Assembly (NCBI GenBank): GCA_951406725.2
Contig: OX597820.1
Location: 52,080,001 to 52,144,000 of the forward strand
Source: Octopus vulgaris
Lineage: Eukaryota
Direction: 5' to 3'
DNA length: 64,000 nt
This document shows, piece after piece, positions 41,013-55,526 of this stretch. The notes under the pieces are model-generated. The model was given only the letters and a program-made list of their open reading frames with translations. It ran no database searches and was not told the DNA's origin. Made by a program: the position numbers and the translations under genes. Every line of letters begins with the position of its first letter. Positions within the stretch are counted from its first letter, which is position 1.

Positions 41013-41354
41013 TCTATAATATAAATTAGGGATAGGCGATCGTTGTATTCTTTCTTATCTTGAGGTTCACAGCCAAACAGCTGAGTGGATTCGCGTGACA
41101 AATGACACACATGTGGAGATGGGTGCATAAATTGGAATTTGTATTTTTTCCTAGCCCCCATAACTACCGAGAAAATGGATTAAAACTATTTCTAATGGAA
41201 TTCCCCTATTTGTTCCGCCATTAAAACAGCCAGTTGCTCAGACAGCCGGCATATACCATTTTACTAGCAACAAGGGGAGTACAGGATGACAGTCAGCCGA
41301 AATTTTCGTTATGTTGTCTCTCTTCTCTATCACATACACAAGTGCAAGCACGCA

Positions 41355-41419
<65 letters not shown>

Positions 41420-41780
41420 GCAATCACACATCCATGTCATATATATTCTTTCGATTTTTACTCTCTGCAAATAAATTTTTTTACGGATACAACTGCTTAC
41501 AAACATAGGGATTAATGTAGAATATATTTTAATGTTCAAAATTGAATCAATGTTTTAATGATTAGACAGAGGTCCAATAGAATAGCTCTCAGAAACAGAC
41601 TACGTACAAATTCTTTCTTCACAACTCCTGAAGCCTTTTTCTGACAAGTGGGGAGGCTCCTTTCAAAACAGGGAAATCGAAATGGTAACGTTGAGAAACG
41701 CTGTTATAGATTATGTTCAACCGAAAACGATCACAGCTATATCATCCTAACAGACCGGGTGAAACCGGGCTTACCTGCTA

Positions 41781-41781
<1 letters not shown>
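41013..41781 (+). mobile_element. Probable non-autonomous Helitron
   Basis: 5' tctataatataaat; 3' hairpin ccgg-gtgaaa-ccgg about 10 nt before CTAG|T (41778-41781); internal (CACG)/(CA)n. Confidence 0.6.
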
Positions 41782-41829
<48 letters not shown>

Positions 41830-43221
41830 CATATATATAGATACATAGATAGATAGACATATAGATAGATAGATAGATAGATAGATATTCATCTATATAA
41901 TTTACATATATACACATATGTTTATATTACATGCATACTTATATATGTGTGTGAGTGTGTACCTAAGTGTGTGTGTGTGTGCGTATGCGTGTTAAAAATA
42001 AATCCAGAGCAGTCAAAGGCACTTTAAACAGTTAAAAGTACAATAATATCATTACAGTACGTTATAAAGTTCATGTAATTAGTGTGCAGCTGGATTTTTG
42101 CGAAATTAATTAGTGTAAGATAGCAAGCAGGTGTAACTCTGTCATCCAGAAGTGCCCTCTGTCTGTCCGTAAGCTTTCCCGGCATAACTATATCCAAGCA
42201 TTCATTCACTAATTCTTCTAAAGGCAATCGGATCCCTCTCCCTCTCTCTCTATCACCGTATCTATCTTCCTCTTCCTCTTCTTCTCTCACCTCACTCTTT
42301 CACCTTTTTTTTATTGAATTGCGTACAAAAATGTTATAGCAGTTCAGAAGAACTTGCGCAGATTGATAGTGCTATGTATATGTGTATTTAGAATCAGTAA
42401 AGCTAGCAATAAGTTCATTATATTTTTTTTATGATTATATTCAACTTTATGTTCGGTCATGTGATTTCTTTGAGTTTCTGATAGAAGTATACACTGAAAA
42501 TTTCCTCATGCTGCGTTTCGAGGTTTTATATACAACTCCCATGCTAGGATGTGAACAGATTCAATGCTTTTACTTTTAGAGTCACCAAATCAGACTTCAA
42601 TAGAGAATGCAAATCAGCCTGCACATCTATTAGGTACAAATATTTGAATATAAGTGTCTATGTGCACAAACAAACAAAGATACTCACAGGCATCACCCAC
42701 TAACGAATACATATACTGATAACACTGAGTTAATTTGGGACTTAAAGTTTCGCCTTTGGCGGTTTGTTCAATCACGTTCTGAATATGCCGTTAAAAACAA
42801 AAGTCGTATCCCAATCAAGTCAATAATACCAATAAAATTTATTCTAGTAAATATATGGAATCCCACTATTAATCTATGTTTTGATGTTTTCTATACCAAA
42901 TGATACATTCGTACAAATACGAATATCAAAGTCACACAGAGAAATAATCACCTGTTCACAGAGACACGTACAGATATATATGTGCGGATTTCTGCGCGTA
43001 TATGTCTGTAGTATTTACAGTCTCAATATGGTTTTATTATAATGAAATTAGATACACCATGATGCCGTGCGAAAAACGCAATATATGTCTGGGTGTGTAT
43101 ATGTGTGTGCGCATATGTTTGTGTATGTATGTATGATAGTATGTACGTGTCATATATATATGTATGTATGTAGATATATATATATACATATATATATGTA
43201 TGTACATATATATATATGTAC

Positions 43222-43271
<50 letters not shown>

Positions 43272-44067
43272 ATATATATATATGTGTGTGTGTGTGTGAG
43301 TGTATGTCTGTATTTATGTATGTAAATGTAACGTAAATACAAACACAGGGACAACCAAAATCACAGACATATACATTTATATATTCAAACGTATACACAT
43401 ACATAGGCATAAATCCTTAGATGTGTGTGTTTATGTATGTGTACGTGTGTATATGTCCATGTATATTCTTTTGTGCATGTGTGTTTGCGTGTGTGTATGT
43501 GTATGCGTGTGTCTGTCTGTGTGCGTGTGTGTGTGTCTTTGTGTGTAATTCATTTTCTTTATTTCATACATTTCATGGCTTTCATTTCCATTTGTCTGAA
43601 ACCATATTATATACGTTTGGAAACATCAGAGGAATCAGAAAATTCAGAGAGAATATTTATCCATTTCTTCATTTCACTCTTATAAGACAAAATGAATAAC
43701 AATTATTGTTTGGTATTGGTTATTCAGGAATGTCCAATCAAAGATGTAATACAGTTGGTAGCTGGAGAAACGCTACCATTCCATGCATAATGTGTTTCAT
43801 AATATAGGATGGATGTTGACAAGTTCCTGATTTTGGGTAAAAGGAAATGCAAGAGGATCAGTTAATTGTGATTTTATTCAGCATATTCCACTCTCAGATT
43901 CATATATTTAATGCAGTGGTCTTTCAGCTTTTCTAAGCCCTGTAGAAGAACTCGGAATGTTAGGCCTCCGACCTGGCTGTTCGGGAAACTCATGAAGCCA
44001 GGAACTGTTCAGCACACGCTCGTACATGTTCTTCACTCATTATAGAAGAAAAAGAAATGTTTCCTTC

Positions 44068-44306
44068 TCGAGCCCTGCCAGGCTCATAAGGGCCGGTTTC
44101 CTGATTTCAGTGGCTTAGAGATTCCTCGCCTCCAGGACGGGATGCCGATCCGTCGCAGAATTATTTATTTTTGCCAGTGAGTGGAGTGGAGCAACGTGAA
44201 ATGAAATGTTTTGCTCAAGAACACAACGCATGGCCACGTCAATGAATCGAAACCACAATCTTGCGATCATGGGTCCAACACCTTAAACACTAAGCCACCC
44301 ACCTCC
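44068..44306 (-). mobile_element. tRNA-derived SINE (family C-like head)
   Basis: Reverse complement gives gtggcttagtg...ggtttcgattc and atttcacgttgctcca, as at 19767; a related copy lies at 52670-52895. Confidence 0.7.
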
Positions 44307-44734
44307 ACCCTTCACTGATTAACGTAACCCTTTTCACAATGATTTATGAAATATTTAGAGAGCATAAAGCATTTACTTACATGTGTGTGTGTTTTAGTGT
44401 GTGTGTGTGTGCGTGCATGTGCGTGCGTGTGTGTGTGCATGTGTGTGTGACTGGATGTGTGTATGTGTACGTTAATGAGTGCTTGGATGTGAGTGTGTGC
44501 TTGCATGCGTGCGAGCGTGCGCGCGTACGTGTGTATCTGTAATGCTACTCACGTACAAAGCATAAAATAGTCAATGCCGAGGAGAGTGTTTTTATTTCAT
44601 TATTTCAGCTGCATTTTTCTGGCATTAATTACAACATAACAATGAATTAGGTTATCAGTGTGGCCGAAAGACGACATATCCTTGGATGTGATCAGAATGC
44701 ATCGACATTAATTTTGTTTGCCTAAGGTAGTAAT

Positions 44735-45113
44735 CTGGCAAAAACGTTAACAAGCTGGGCGAAGTGCTAAGCGGTATTTCGCCTGTCTTTACGTTCTGAG
44801 TTCAATTTCCGCCGAGGTCGACTTTGCTTTTCATCCTTTCGGGATCGATTAAATAAGTACCAGTTACGCACTGGGGTCGATATAATCGACTTAATCCGTT
44901 TGTTTGTCCTTTCTGTGTTTAGCCCCTTGTGAGTAGTAAAGAAATAGGCATTTCATCTGGTCTTTACGTTCTGAGTTCAAATTCCGCAGATGTCGACTTT
45001 GCATTTCATCCTTTGAAGTCAATAAATTATGTACTAGTTGCGAACAGGGGTCGATCTAATCGACTGGACACCTCATCAAAAATTTCGGCCCTTGTGCCTA
45101 GAGTAGAAAAGAT
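44735..45113 (+). mobile_element. Dimeric SINE family D
   Basis: Core gttctgagttcaa.ttccgccgaggtcgactttgc.tttcatccttt...cactggggtcgat repeated twice; further copies at 54015-54246, 63390-63730 and a degenerate one at 39600-39810. Confidence 0.85.
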
Positions 45114-45596
45114 TAATTTTGTTGGCCTGATTTCCAGTCAGTCTCTTTATCTATCTGTATGTCTCGTTCTCTCTATGTATTCATGTGTGCCTATGTGTGT
45201 ATCAGTGTGCATGTCCCCGTGTGTTTGTAAATATATGTGTGTGTGTACGTGTGGCTGTGTGTACATGTGTGAGTATAAGTGTACATCTGTGTATGTATGG
45301 GCGTCTTAAATCACAAAGCTAGTTTGCAACTTTTCCACACCTAGGTCCTTTGTTCTCCGAGCACATAACAGCATAACATGAAACAAGTGCGCCACCAAGT
45401 CGCATTCATTGCCATAAATTCCTAAGCCATGCCATTTCCACCAAAGACAGACACACCAATTGTCATATTTATGCGTTAAAAAAATTCTGTACAAAATAAC
45501 TATTAATAAAAATCCTTAAAAAAACAAATTATTCACCAAGTATTTCCAGACAACTAAATATTCAAGCTCACAAACAGACACCAACATAAACCAAAG

Positions 45597-46017
45597 TATC
45601 TTTTATCTTTTACCTATTTCGGTCACTTCACTGCGGCCATACTGGAGCACTACCTGTTAGTCGAAGAAATCGACCCAAGAACTTATTCTTTGTAATCCCG
45701 GTTCTTATTCAATCGGTCACTTTTGCCGAATCGCTAAGTTACGGGGGCGTAAATGCACCAACATCGGTGGTCAAGCGATGGAGGAGTGACAAACACAGAC
45801 ACAGAGACACACACACGCACACACACACATGCACACACACGCACGCATACGGATACACACAGACACATAAATATACGACGAGCAATCAGTTTCCATCTAC
45901 CAAATCCACTCACAAGGATCTGGGCAGCCCGAGTCTATAGTAGAAGACACCTGCCCAAGTTGCCACGCAGTGGAACTGAACCCGGAACCATGTGGTTTGG
46001 GAGCAAGATTCTTACCG
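45597..46017 (-). mobile_element. SINE family A, near full length
   Basis: Reverse complement of the 1043-1408 family (actgcggccatactggagcac ... ccacgcagtggaactgaacccggaacc). Confidence 0.8.
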
Positions 46018-46969
46018 CAAATTCTAAGCTAAGGTCACACAATCGAACGTATAGGGATTACAATAAAACAGAGTATAACATCAATTTACTCACATTATAA
46101 CATATGATAACTGACACGACCTCACATCAGCCCAAATTGCCAGTTTTATCAACACCGCACTAACTCAAAAGAAAACGCATGAAATTTGATTGTTTCTTTT
46201 TATAAGTTACATATTTTGCATATTGTATCATGCACAATGTTTTCACATTTGCGTAAAACACTTGCTACCAAAGTTATATGAATTAAAAATTTCGAGAGAA
46301 CAATGATGTGCAAATACCGCTGGACGTTACTTTAAGGTTCATGATTTGTAGGTACGTGGTATTTCGTTATGAAGCCATACTATATTAGAAGTATATTAAA
46401 TGCTTATTTTATTTTTTTAATAAGTCAATATTATATTCTACTGAGTTAGCAATGCCTTTTACAATATTTTGTTAAGGCTATTGCTACAGATATACTATAG
46501 AAATTATAGTATATACAGCACTGATTTTTAAAATAACATTTCGGATCGAGACGTCAGATGAAAACAAAAAATGAAACAATAAAACAATCAACCAGTGAGA
46601 TCGATCTCATTGTTTGTTTACATTGGACGTCTTGACTGGAAACGGTGTAGCAAGAATCAGTGCTGGCTATAATTTCTATGGAATATCTATATAAATAACC
46701 AGAAAAAAATGTTACTTTAAGGGGTCTCTACAACACTCAATATGATATGCCATACACACACTTAAAAAACAAACAACAACTAATTCCATTACGTACTTTA
46801 CACTATTCTCAGAATCATTAACGTACCCCACTGACATATTATTGTGACTATTTAATGAACACAACACACGCACAATGCAATCACGGTAAACAATTTATAT
46901 CAAACTAGACGGGAATTGACCGCTCAGAGCCTACAGCTACTTCACGGATTACAGGTTTGTATTACTTTA

Positions 46970-47151
<182 letters not shown>

Positions 47152-47158
<7 letters not shown>

Positions 47159-49475
47159 GAAAATAGTAAAAAGTGAAAAAACTACAGAAGGCTTGTTTTA
47201 AAAGGTTAAAAAATATATATATTTGAGTCAATATGTCTGAAGAATGTTATCAATTTTTTTCTTACAATGACATAGTTTAGAAGAAATGGCCGGTTTCGCG
47301 TTCAGCTTTTCAAATTTCTTACATCGTTATGTTTACGTTGCGAAGAGTTATCGTTATGTTTATGTTGAGAAGAGTTCCAAATAAGGGGAGGTAATAAGTG
47401 ATTTCTTCCGGTGTAAGGGAGATAATCGCTTAAAATTTTTTGTCTTTCCTTTGGAGTGAATTTCTCTGTATAAGTATGTTGGAATGGTTAAGTCTGGGCT
47501 TGTACTTTTCAATGAAGAATGTTTCCTTGTTTAGTCTAATTTGTGTTGGTGTTCGATAGCACATTGGTAAAATGGAAAGATTAAAAATTGTGGTATTAGT
47601 TGCTTTGCGCATTTCTCAATGTGCTCACTAAAGGGTATCATTCTGTATTCTGGGAATGCAATCTGTTGTCGATGCCGTTAGCATCTACGTCTGAGTGATA
47701 GTCCCGTGGATCCCACGTAGTCTTGGTGGCAGCCCGAGCATTTTATGACATAAATTATGTTTTCAGAGGCACAAGTAAAATTAGATTTGATCTTGAATTT
47801 CTGTCCCTCTTTGAAGAGGAATTTTGATCCTTCTAGCAGGTTTGGACATGTTGCACAGTTCGGTCTACCACATTTTTTTACTTTTGCATCCGTAATTTCA
47901 GAAAACAATTTTGCCTTTGTGAGAATCTTTTTAAGTGATTTAGGTTGTTTGTAGCTTTTAATGATTTGGTGTATGTTTAGAATTTCCTTTAATTTGGGGT
48001 CCTTATGAAGTATTGGTAAATTCTGGGTGATGATGTTGAAGGCTTCTTTGCTTCTGGGGTTGTATGTGGATATGTAAGGTAGTATTTTCGGGGATGGTGT
48101 GTTGTTGTGTTGAACTTTTCTTAAAGTTTCTATGTTGATTTCTGTTGCACGTCTGATCCCATCCTCTATGAGTTGAGCTGGGTAATGTCTGTCAATTAGG
48201 GTGTTTTTGAGTTCTTGCAGTCTAAAGTTCCTGGTATTTTGTTCTGACACTATTGTGCATATCCTTCTTGCAAGGTTGAAGGGGATGTTTGTTTTAGTGT
48301 GTCTTGGGTGGCATGAATTAAAAAGAAGGTATTGTTTGGCGTCTGTGGCTTTGTAAAAAATGTCTGTTTCTATTTTAAGGTTAATTTTTTTTAAATTAGT
48401 ATATCCAAGAATGGGAGCTCCTTTTGGTTGTATTCCATTGTGAACTGTATATTTGGATTTATGCTGTCCAATAGGTTTTTAAATTTTAGGAGTTTATCTG
48501 TGTTTTCATTCCAGAGTATAAAACAATCGTCCAGGAATCGTTTCCAATTCTCTTTTATGTATTGAGAGAGGGGTTTCCAAAGATTGATAAAGATTCCTGG
48601 TAAATGATTATTTCCAGGTAGCCCATTGTTAGGTTCGCAATGACTGGTGCTGCCCTTGTACCCATAGCAATTCCGGATTTTTGACGGTAAAATGTATTGT
48701 CAAACATGAAGTGGTTATTATGTAGGATGAATTCAATTGATTTAGTAATGAATTCTTTACTGATCCTTTTTGGTATTTCTTCCGGAAATTGGTCCAGCCA
48801 GAACTGTATTGCCTCTAGTCCATAATTATGAGGTATACTGGTATATAAGTTAACTACATCAAATGAAACCATGATTGTTTCTTCCTTGGCTTTTTTGGAA
48901 GGTGGTTTAACATATCTAAGTCATCTCTGATATGGCTATCGATATGTTTAAGGAAGGGTTTCAGGAGGATGTCCATAAATAGACTTCGTCTGTGTGTTTC
49001 ACAGGTTGGGCCAGCTACAATGGGTCGTAGTTTTAGGTCCCCCGGGTTAGGTGTGTGTATGTATGTCTTTGGTGATTTTTTAATGGTTTCATTTATAATT
49101 TGGCTTTTATGAATTTTTGGCAGGCCATAGAAGAGGCTAGGTTTGCATTTAAAGTTTGTTAGAAAGTCAATCTCACAAAGGGAAAATCGTTTTCTGAAAT
49201 TACGGATGCAAAAGTAAAAAATGTGGTAGACCGAACTGTGCAACATGTCCAAACCTGCTAGAAGGATCAGAATTCCTCTTCAAAGAGGGACAGAAATTCA
49301 AGATCAAATCTAATTTTACTTGTGCCTCTGAAAACATAATTTATGTCATAAAATGCTCGGGCTGCCACAAAAATTGATGACATTCTTCAGACATATTGAC
49401 TCAAATATATATATTTTTTAACCTTTTAAAACAAGCCTTCTGTAGTTTTTTCAATTTTTACTATTTTCTATATAT
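47152..49475 (-). mobile_element. Decayed Neptune-type PLE (RT + GIY-YIG) with an inverted 5' arm
   Basis: YGLPKIHK, RPIVAGP, SFDVVNLYT, GIAMGTRAAP, RFLDD, CGRPNCATC and IIYVIKC..C..DYVGSTG across frameshifts; 49171-49475 is an inverted copy of 3' parts. Confidence 0.9.
47281..47320 (-). ncRNA. Degenerate minimal hammerhead motif at the PLE 3' end
   Basis: Minus strand aagaaat-ttgaaaa-gc tgaac gc-gaaa-ccgg-cc-atttctt: perfect 7-bp stem I and palindromic stem III, but three core substitutions. Confidence 0.5.
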
Positions 49476-49508
49476 TCAACCACGTGCTTTCACAAACCAA
49501 CTTTCTCA

Positions 49509-49546
<38 letters not shown>

Positions 49547-50183
49547 CTGATGTGCCTAACTACAAATATTTTAATAGACTAATGGTAATATAGACATTAT
49601 ACACAGTGCTATATACCCAACTATCTACAGTTATCTGCAAGCAGACGCCAAGATGCAGGTCTCAGTGTGCAAGCAGTTATAATTATTGTGATTAAATTTA
49701 ATGCCTGCACTGCAATCAACCTGCTACAATATAATGTAATATTAATAGAATATTATTCATTTCATGTTTGCTTCATTCTAAATAATATATCTGTAAGTAA
49801 ATATATATTCAATAATAATCTCAGCTTCTGTTTAAAATACCCCTCACAAATTTACACATAAACTATTCTATATATCATATATGTGTGCCTGTGTCTGTCT
49901 CTTTGTGGGCGAGGGGGTATTTGTGCGTCTGTATGTTTGTTTGTGTGAGTATACGTAAATATATTGATATTGTCAAACTATCAACAGTTGGCAAATTATG
50001 CAACACGAAGGAAATAACATGCATAAAGCCAGCTGTGGAATGCTGCTTCGAAAGCAGGTGGGAAATAGAATTTTGGGGGAAATGGGATGTGAATATATTG
50101 ATAGCTACACATATTTCACGGGCAAATATTCAGGAATATGCATAGAGAGACACTGGCACAGACACATGAACACACATATATGT

Positions 50184-50333
<150 letters not shown>

Positions 50334-50833
50334 CATGTATATATACATATATATGTATATATATATATATACAAATATATATATATACTGGGTGCTGCTA
50401 GGACTGCCACAACTTACCCGCCACAACCAATAAGCGGCTACAACCCCAACCACCACCACGGTTACTACTACTACGACCAACAATCACTACTGCTGCTACC
50501 ATTCCATTGGAACACAAGGAAACAAAAAAACAAGCACACGGTTCCTTTTGATACCAGCAAGAAACAATAATGAACTTCTTTACTACACTCAACTATAATA
50601 TAGCGATTATACCAACTACCGACAAAACACCACCACATGGTTTATATTGAGACCAGTAAGAAACAATTATGAAGTTTTCTATTGCACTTTTCTTTCTATA
50701 ATATTTTTGATGAGGTTCGTTTTTTCAAGAACCGAAACATGTAAAATTCATAAGAAAATAAACATTTATCTAATATAGTGGCGTTTTCAAACTTCTTTTT
50801 TACAAATATATATACACACACACACACATACAT

Positions 50834-50865
<32 letters not shown>

Positions 50866-51398
50866 GTGTAGGTACGCACATATACATACACACGTGAGTA
50901 TGGTGTGGTGGGGTGGGGGAACAAACGAAAAGACGAATTCAAGCAAAAATAATAGATATCGAAGGTATCACGGCAATGGTATTTATGAAAGAAAATTGTA
51001 TGTTTAACAGCATGGCTTTTCGAACACTGCCCTGCGTCTTATATGCAGAGAAGTGTCCAGAGAAGAAGGATAAGAATGGGCTTACGTGCCACCTCGGCGA
51101 TATATAAAATCTCGTTTAATATCTCCCTTGCATACAGTTTTGAAAACCGCTTGAAAATTCTAGCAATATTCAATGAATGATTGAATAATTGTAAATTTCA
51201 TTTCCTTGAAATTATTCACTTTCTACCAACAGCACACAAACTATTAACAGACAATGCTCACTCAGCAATGCATTGTTGATTAATCTCTCCCTTCTTTATA
51301 ATGTATATGTGTGTACATTATGTGCATGCGTGTGTGTATTATACACAAACGCACATATACATATCTATATATTTATCTATTCAATTATATATATATGC

Positions 51399-51437
<39 letters not shown>

Positions 51438-52329
51438 GAGAGAGAGAGGGAGAGAGATAAATAGATAGATATATATGTATTTATATGTAGGTATATATAT
51501 TTATTTTATTTTTATATATATTTAGGTGTATAAATGTATCGATATATATATAATTACATACATATAATATGCACATATATATGTATATACATATACGTGC
51601 GTGTATGGGTGCGCGCGCGTATGTATGTGTATGTGTGCACATTCATATTTATGTATACGTTTGTGCCTGTGGATTTGATGTGTCAGGCTGCACATTTACG
51701 CCCGTTTGTGCCTAACGTATTTCTGTTTCTAAGCGCCATTCTGCAATTAGCTTCATATGCATGTGTTTGATGTTGAAATGATCTTTGTTCTAATGATTAT
51801 TACCATTATTATAATCTTTATATTTATTAGCATCGTGTCCATCGTGACTGATATTGCTTTTCTATGATTTCATTAGCTTAATTCCTGTTAAGCACCATCA
51901 AAGTCAATAATACTATCATTGTAATCATAATAAGAATAGCACATATAAATCATATTTTAAAATTTTATCGATGAACATTCACATGACATTTCCAATGCAG
52001 AAACGAGAAAGTGTCTATACGAAAACACCAAGTCTGGATTTTCAGATCTCTGTTGTTTAAATGCCTATGTCTTTATCTTTACAATTGAAATATATAAACG
52101 TACAAGCAGCATTCCAAAACGTTTTCAGAACTTTGTAGGAGAGGTAGTTGCAGCTGTCCTAGTTTATTATTACTTTAGTAAATCTACACATCTAAAATTA
52201 CTATACGTTTTAATAAACTTTTTTTCTTCGAGATTTTTTTCTTCGAGATTCGAAGTAGTCATCTTCCTACAAACCATTGCTTATCCCAATTCCATCTCTG
52301 TAACTAATTATTTGACAGAAATAGACATA

Positions 52330-52520
52330 GAAATGTGTCTTCCCACTTCTTTCAGTCCAAACCTTGCTCCCTGCGACTTTGGTTGTTCTTTATGCTGAAG
52401 GAGACCCTCTTAGACATTCGTTTTAAGGACATTGAGAAGATGGAAGTAGTGACAAGGACACCTGGACACCTTCAATTTGAAGTACTTTCATTTGGGGCTT
52501 CAAGAAATGGCTCGATTACT
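52330..52520 (+). mobile_element. Mariner transposase fragment
   Basis: SPNLAPCDF / WLFFMLKETL...RFKDIE (YSPDLAP motif, frameshifted). Confidence 0.7.
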
Positions 52521-53122
52521 ACAGTGTTAGACCTATTTTGATGGTGACGGGTGTGTGTTGCTTAGTTTCCTGAATATCCTTCAAAGCTACTGCAATGCAC
52601 CTCATGTGTTTCACTTCTAATATATATATATATATGTGGAGGGGTTTATGCATACGTATGTAAATATATCACTTGATCACGTGACCAACGAGGCTATCAC
52701 TTGTTACTCATCGACGGTTACAATGTGTTTGCATTGTTTTAACCTTCAAATTTTCCCCCTGCTCCAAAGGGGGACTGGTGCAATGTAAAATGAAACGTTT
52801 TGCTCAAGAACACAACGCACCGCCCAATTAGGTAATCGAAAATTCGATGTAGTGACCCTGAGTGAAACAGCCTAACCACTAGGCCACGTGCCTTCGCTAG
52901 TTATGTGTGTGTGAGCGTGTGTCTATGTGTGTGTGTCTGTGGGTGAGTAAAATCCTGTATGAGCTATTTTTTCGTATGAACAATTCAACCAGAAATTCAA
53001 TGACTAACTTAAGATTGTTTATGAAGTGCAAAATCTTTGAATATGAGAACCTCGCATATACCATCGACATATGAAATGAGATAACGTCAGGTCGCTCTTG
53101 AAAGTTAATACTTGCCTGTTAC

Positions 53123-53325
53123 CCAATAAAATATGCAGTTCTATATTTAAGAGATGGGAGATGATGCACATTATATACATTATTTATATTTAACGGATAT
53201 TTGTCTTCATCTTGTTCGTTGTTAGCACAACATTTCGGCTAATATACCTTCCAGCCTTCATCTGGTGTCTTGGGGAAATTTCTAACCTGGGTTCTCATTC
53301 CGAAGGCATTTTGCGATGCTGTTGC

Positions 53326-53421
<96 letters not shown>

Positions 53422-53604
53422 TGTCACTGCCTGGAATCGAACTCGGAATCTTGAAGTTAGTAGCCCGCGCACTTAACCATTATGCTATATGCTCAGTTTC
53501 GATTAACTGGAGGGTATATCAACCGAAACATGTTAACAAGAAGCAAGATGAGAACAAATATCCGTCAAATGTAAATAATGTAAATAAAGTCCAGTAAAAT
53601 ATGC
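53123..53604 (-). mobile_element. Composite non-autonomous element: tRNA-like head + (TAA)n + hammerhead-bearing tail, with inverted partial tail and 14-bp TSD-like repeat
   Basis: Head 53425-53492 (tagcataatggttaag...gagttcgattcc on minus); HHR 53226-53267; inverted tail copy 53508-53587; ccaataaaatatgc (53123-53136) vs ccagtaaaatatgc (53591-53604). Confidence 0.75.
53226..53267 (-). ncRNA. Minimal hammerhead motif (U4A substitution)
   Basis: cac-cagatga-a-ggctg gaaggtata ttagcc-gaaa-tg-tt-gtg on the minus strand. Confidence 0.6.
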
Positions 53605-54014
53605 TGCTGTTTCTGGTCATCGGATATTAAACTGATAGTTCCTACAAGCCTGCTTGAAGAGGCAGATTATTTACTGGAAATCCCGCGGGGCGAATATAAC
53701 AATACCCGTTAAGGGGCGGAAGAACTCAATAGGATGAAGTGCCATCTAGTAATATGTGAAATTTCATGTTCTAGTAGTTGGAGTGCTGTATCCACAATTG
53801 AAGAAATATTACTCGAAAGTATCGTAAATGTGAAGTCCTGAATGTAAAGTCTTAAATGTGTCCTAAACAAGTGAATTAGTCATAAACTCACAGCGCTCCA
53901 AAACACATCTCCAGCTATGGCGACACACTATTGATATGAGGTTGCAGTTGCTTGGTACCAATATACACCGGAAAAGGTAATGGACGAAAAGGGGACGGCT
54001 AATATCCTTTGGGA

Positions 54015-54246
54015 CTGGCGAGCTGGCAGAAACGTTAGTACACCGGGCGAAATGCGTAGCCGTATTTCGTCTGCCGTCACGTTCTGAGTTCAAATTCCGC
54101 CGAAGTCGACTTTGCCTTTCATCCTTTCGGGGTCGATAGATTAAGTACCGGTTATTCACTGGAGTCGATGTAATCGACTTAATCCCTTTTTTCGTCCTTG
54201 TTTGTCCCCTCTGTGTTTAGCCCCTTGTGGGTAGTAAAGAAATAGA
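54015..54246 (+). mobile_element. SINE family D
   Basis: ggcgagctggcagaaacgttag...gagttcaaattcc...gtcgactttgcctttcatcctttcggggtcgat. Confidence 0.85.
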
Positions 54247-54249
54247 TAT

Positions 54250-54498
54250 CCAGAGAGACAAAGTGTTGGAGCCCCGAAGGCCGCATATAGTAGCTTTTAG
54301 GTGGGACAAACGACAATACCTAATAATCGACGTAGCAATGCCAGAACATCAATACGTCATCATGAAAGAAAGAGAAAAATGTTGATAAATATGCAGACCT
54401 GAGAACTGAGATCGCTAAGATGTGGAGCTACGAGATTCGAACATAAAGTTTATCCCTATTGTCATCAGAGCATTGGATCCAATACAACCCAATCAATA

Positions 54499-54533
<35 letters not shown>

Positions 54534-54610
54534 AGACATCTGAAAACCTTAGAAATGTCCTACGATCTAAATGTATTGCAAAAGTCGGCATTACTTGGAA
54601 CTGTAACTTG
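54250..54610 (+). mobile_element. Old R4/Dong-like REL endonuclease fragment
   Basis: RRPHIV...LIIDVAMP...KEREK..KYADL..EI.KMW...IPIVI.AL...LQKSALLGT. Confidence 0.75.
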
Positions 54611-55339
54611 GAACGCCGAATATCTTCAATCAACGACCTAAGTATATTGTATACTGTGCGACGTCTCTACTAGTTATAATAAGAAAGTCCGCAGCGAAAA
54701 GCAAACATGACGGACGTGTACGAGCGAACACCGTGCGAAGTTGGATTAAATCTTTGATCATCGGCGAATAGGAATTAAGAAACATGAAAATTAAGAAAAT
54801 GAAAAAAGATAATTATTTCTTTGTGTAAACCATTTCAGGACGCAGAAATATTTCTCTCATATTTGACACATAGTTGCTGTCAGGTATGTAATCAGAGAGA
54901 GAAAAGCGTGTGAAAATGTAAACTACACGCAGAGATACGATTAGCCTATGCAAGAATTGAAGTAATACGCGAGAATGCGATTCTGCTATAGAAAAATACA
55001 GTGAATACAAATAATTATTGTATATGCAAATATACATAACTGTAAAGTTTATTTGATTCACACATGCACCCGTACAGGAACAAGACATCGTAGAATAAAA
55101 ATATTATCAATAAGTATAAAATGTAATTCATCTCAATTTAAATAGACAAAAAGCAGATATGCTTGGTAATAAAACTTAGAAAATAAAGGTGAATTTTTGT
55201 CTGAGCGAGAGACGCTCAAGGTACGAAAACAAAAATACCATACAGCCAAAAAGTTAACTCTGAACAGGCAGACCTTTCTCCTAATGACACTGCCCAAGCA
55301 AAAACAAGACCAAAAGTGAACGGTGGACAGATGACAACA

Positions 55340-55526
55340 GTACTTGAAGCAATGATAGATTCTGAAGACGGTTACAATACAAGTCACTGCAGGACCCCTT
55401 GGAATGATCAGTAAAAGAACTGAAAAGTATTTGAGAATGATCGCTAGATCAGCATTCATGCAGGTAGCGCAAAACATTGTATTGAATAGTACATCACACA
55501 TATTGAGAAGTGTATTGTCGCTGTGA
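55340..55526 (+). mobile_element. Old R4/Dong-like REL C-terminal fragment
   Basis: LKTVTIQVTAGPLGMISKRTEKYL...AQNIVLNSTSHILRSVLSL*, parallel to the end of ORF 57209-57589. Confidence 0.7.

Noticed and set aside
42024-42290. 88-aa minus-strand ORF
   Set aside because: Starts in a (GA) repeat at a non-ATG codon; no domain recognised
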